Shown in pieces: positions 31,871 through 32,000 of a DNA stretch of 32,000 bases. The stretch is from Pseudodesulfovibrio piezophilus C1TLV30 (GTDB lineage: Bacteria; Desulfobacterota; Desulfovibrionia; Desulfovibrionales; Desulfovibrionaceae). The stretch covers positions 2,250,001 through 2,282,000 of the forward strand of contig NC_020409.1 in NCBI RefSeq assembly GCF_000341895.1, read 5' to 3'. How positions within the stretch are numbered: the stretch's first letter is position 1; each line of letters starts with the position of its first letter. The notes below the pieces were generated by a model, which saw only the letters and a program-made list of their open reading frames with translations, had not been told where the DNA came from and did no database searches. Both the position numbers and the translations under genes were made by a program.

Positions 31871-32000
31871 ATGCGCCGCCTTTCCCATCCACATATCTGT
31901 TGGACCGACAATGACGGTCCCCGCATCCTCGGTATCAACCCATGGATAACCGACTTTGCGGCCTTCAATGTCTGGTCGCGCCCGGTGGGGCTGCTGGCCT
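31871..32000 (+). CDS. partial CDS (N-terminus only), possibly a B12-binding-domain radical SAM protein
   Basis: MRRLSHPHICWTDNDGPRILGINPWITDFAAFNVWSRPVGLLA. The NPWI-DFAA-x-W-x-P-GLL pattern resembles N-termini I recall from cobalamin-binding radical SAM enzymes. It is truncated by the window end. Confidence 0.35.
   Translation, partial: MRRLSHPHICWTDNDGPRILGINPWITDFAAFNVWSRPVGLLA

Noticed and set aside
1-32000. Mobile elements, prophage or defence genes, CRISPR arrays, tRNA or rRNA genes
   Set aside because: I saw no transposase, integrase, recombinase, restriction-modification or Cas-like translations in the six-frame track. I saw no short regularly spaced direct repeats, no terminal inverted repeats flanking a gene block, and no tRNA-like T-arm sequences while reading the intergenic regions. 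Absence is judged by eye only.

Overview
This window looks like a gene-dense chromosomal segment from a sulfate-reducer-like (Desulfovibrionaceae-type) deltaproteobacterium. That origin is inferred only from gene content: rubrerythrin, two sigma-54 enhancer-binding proteins, an MCP and a hybrid histidine kinase. All family calls come from motifs read by eye in the supplied translations; no search was run. About 30 protein genes are convincing. In order they are: a partial hypothetical gene, a lipoprotein, an HTH protein, purD-purE, a class IV aminotransferase, rubrerythrin, a SAM methyltransferase and a LysR regulator. Next comes a translationally coupled GT4 / histidine phosphatase / MurG-like GT operon, then metF, a metallophosphoesterase, a CsoR/RcnR-family repressor with a secreted EF-hand protein, and a hybrid sensor kinase. 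These are followed by era, a DUF1992-like protein, a sigma-54 activator with a degenerate receiver, and an MCP. The right-hand part holds a secreted SBP-like protein, a deacetylase-GT4 fusion and a GT2 protein. Convergent on these is an NtrC-type regulator coupled to an ATP-grasp ligase, followed by 5-formyl-THF cyclo-ligase, pgeF/yfiH, and a partial gene at the right edge. I saw no rRNA, tRNA, CRISPR array, transposase, integrase or phage genes. Five things are not explained by ordinary annotation. (1) An 0.84-kb ORF-poor gap opens with a promoter-like element carrying two ATACCC-N5-GGGTAT dyads of the CsoR-operator type, about 0.7 kb upstream of the CsoR-like gene. (2) A 216-bp unit including the last 33 nt of a glycosyltransferase gene is tandemly duplicated just upstream of metF. 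(3) A compact SD-to-terminator unit for an unlisted 57-aa tail-anchored protein lies divergent from the LysR gene. (4) A cytoplasmic CE4 deacetylase-GT4 fusion and a GT2 protein lie next to a sigma-54 regulator / ATP-grasp ligase pair. This is my best candidate for an undescribed glycoconjugate or exopolysaccharide module, but the link is inference only. (5) One sigma-54 activator has a receiver domain that lacks the phospho-acceptor Asp. Coordinates of non-ORF features were counted by hand and may be off by 1-2 nt.
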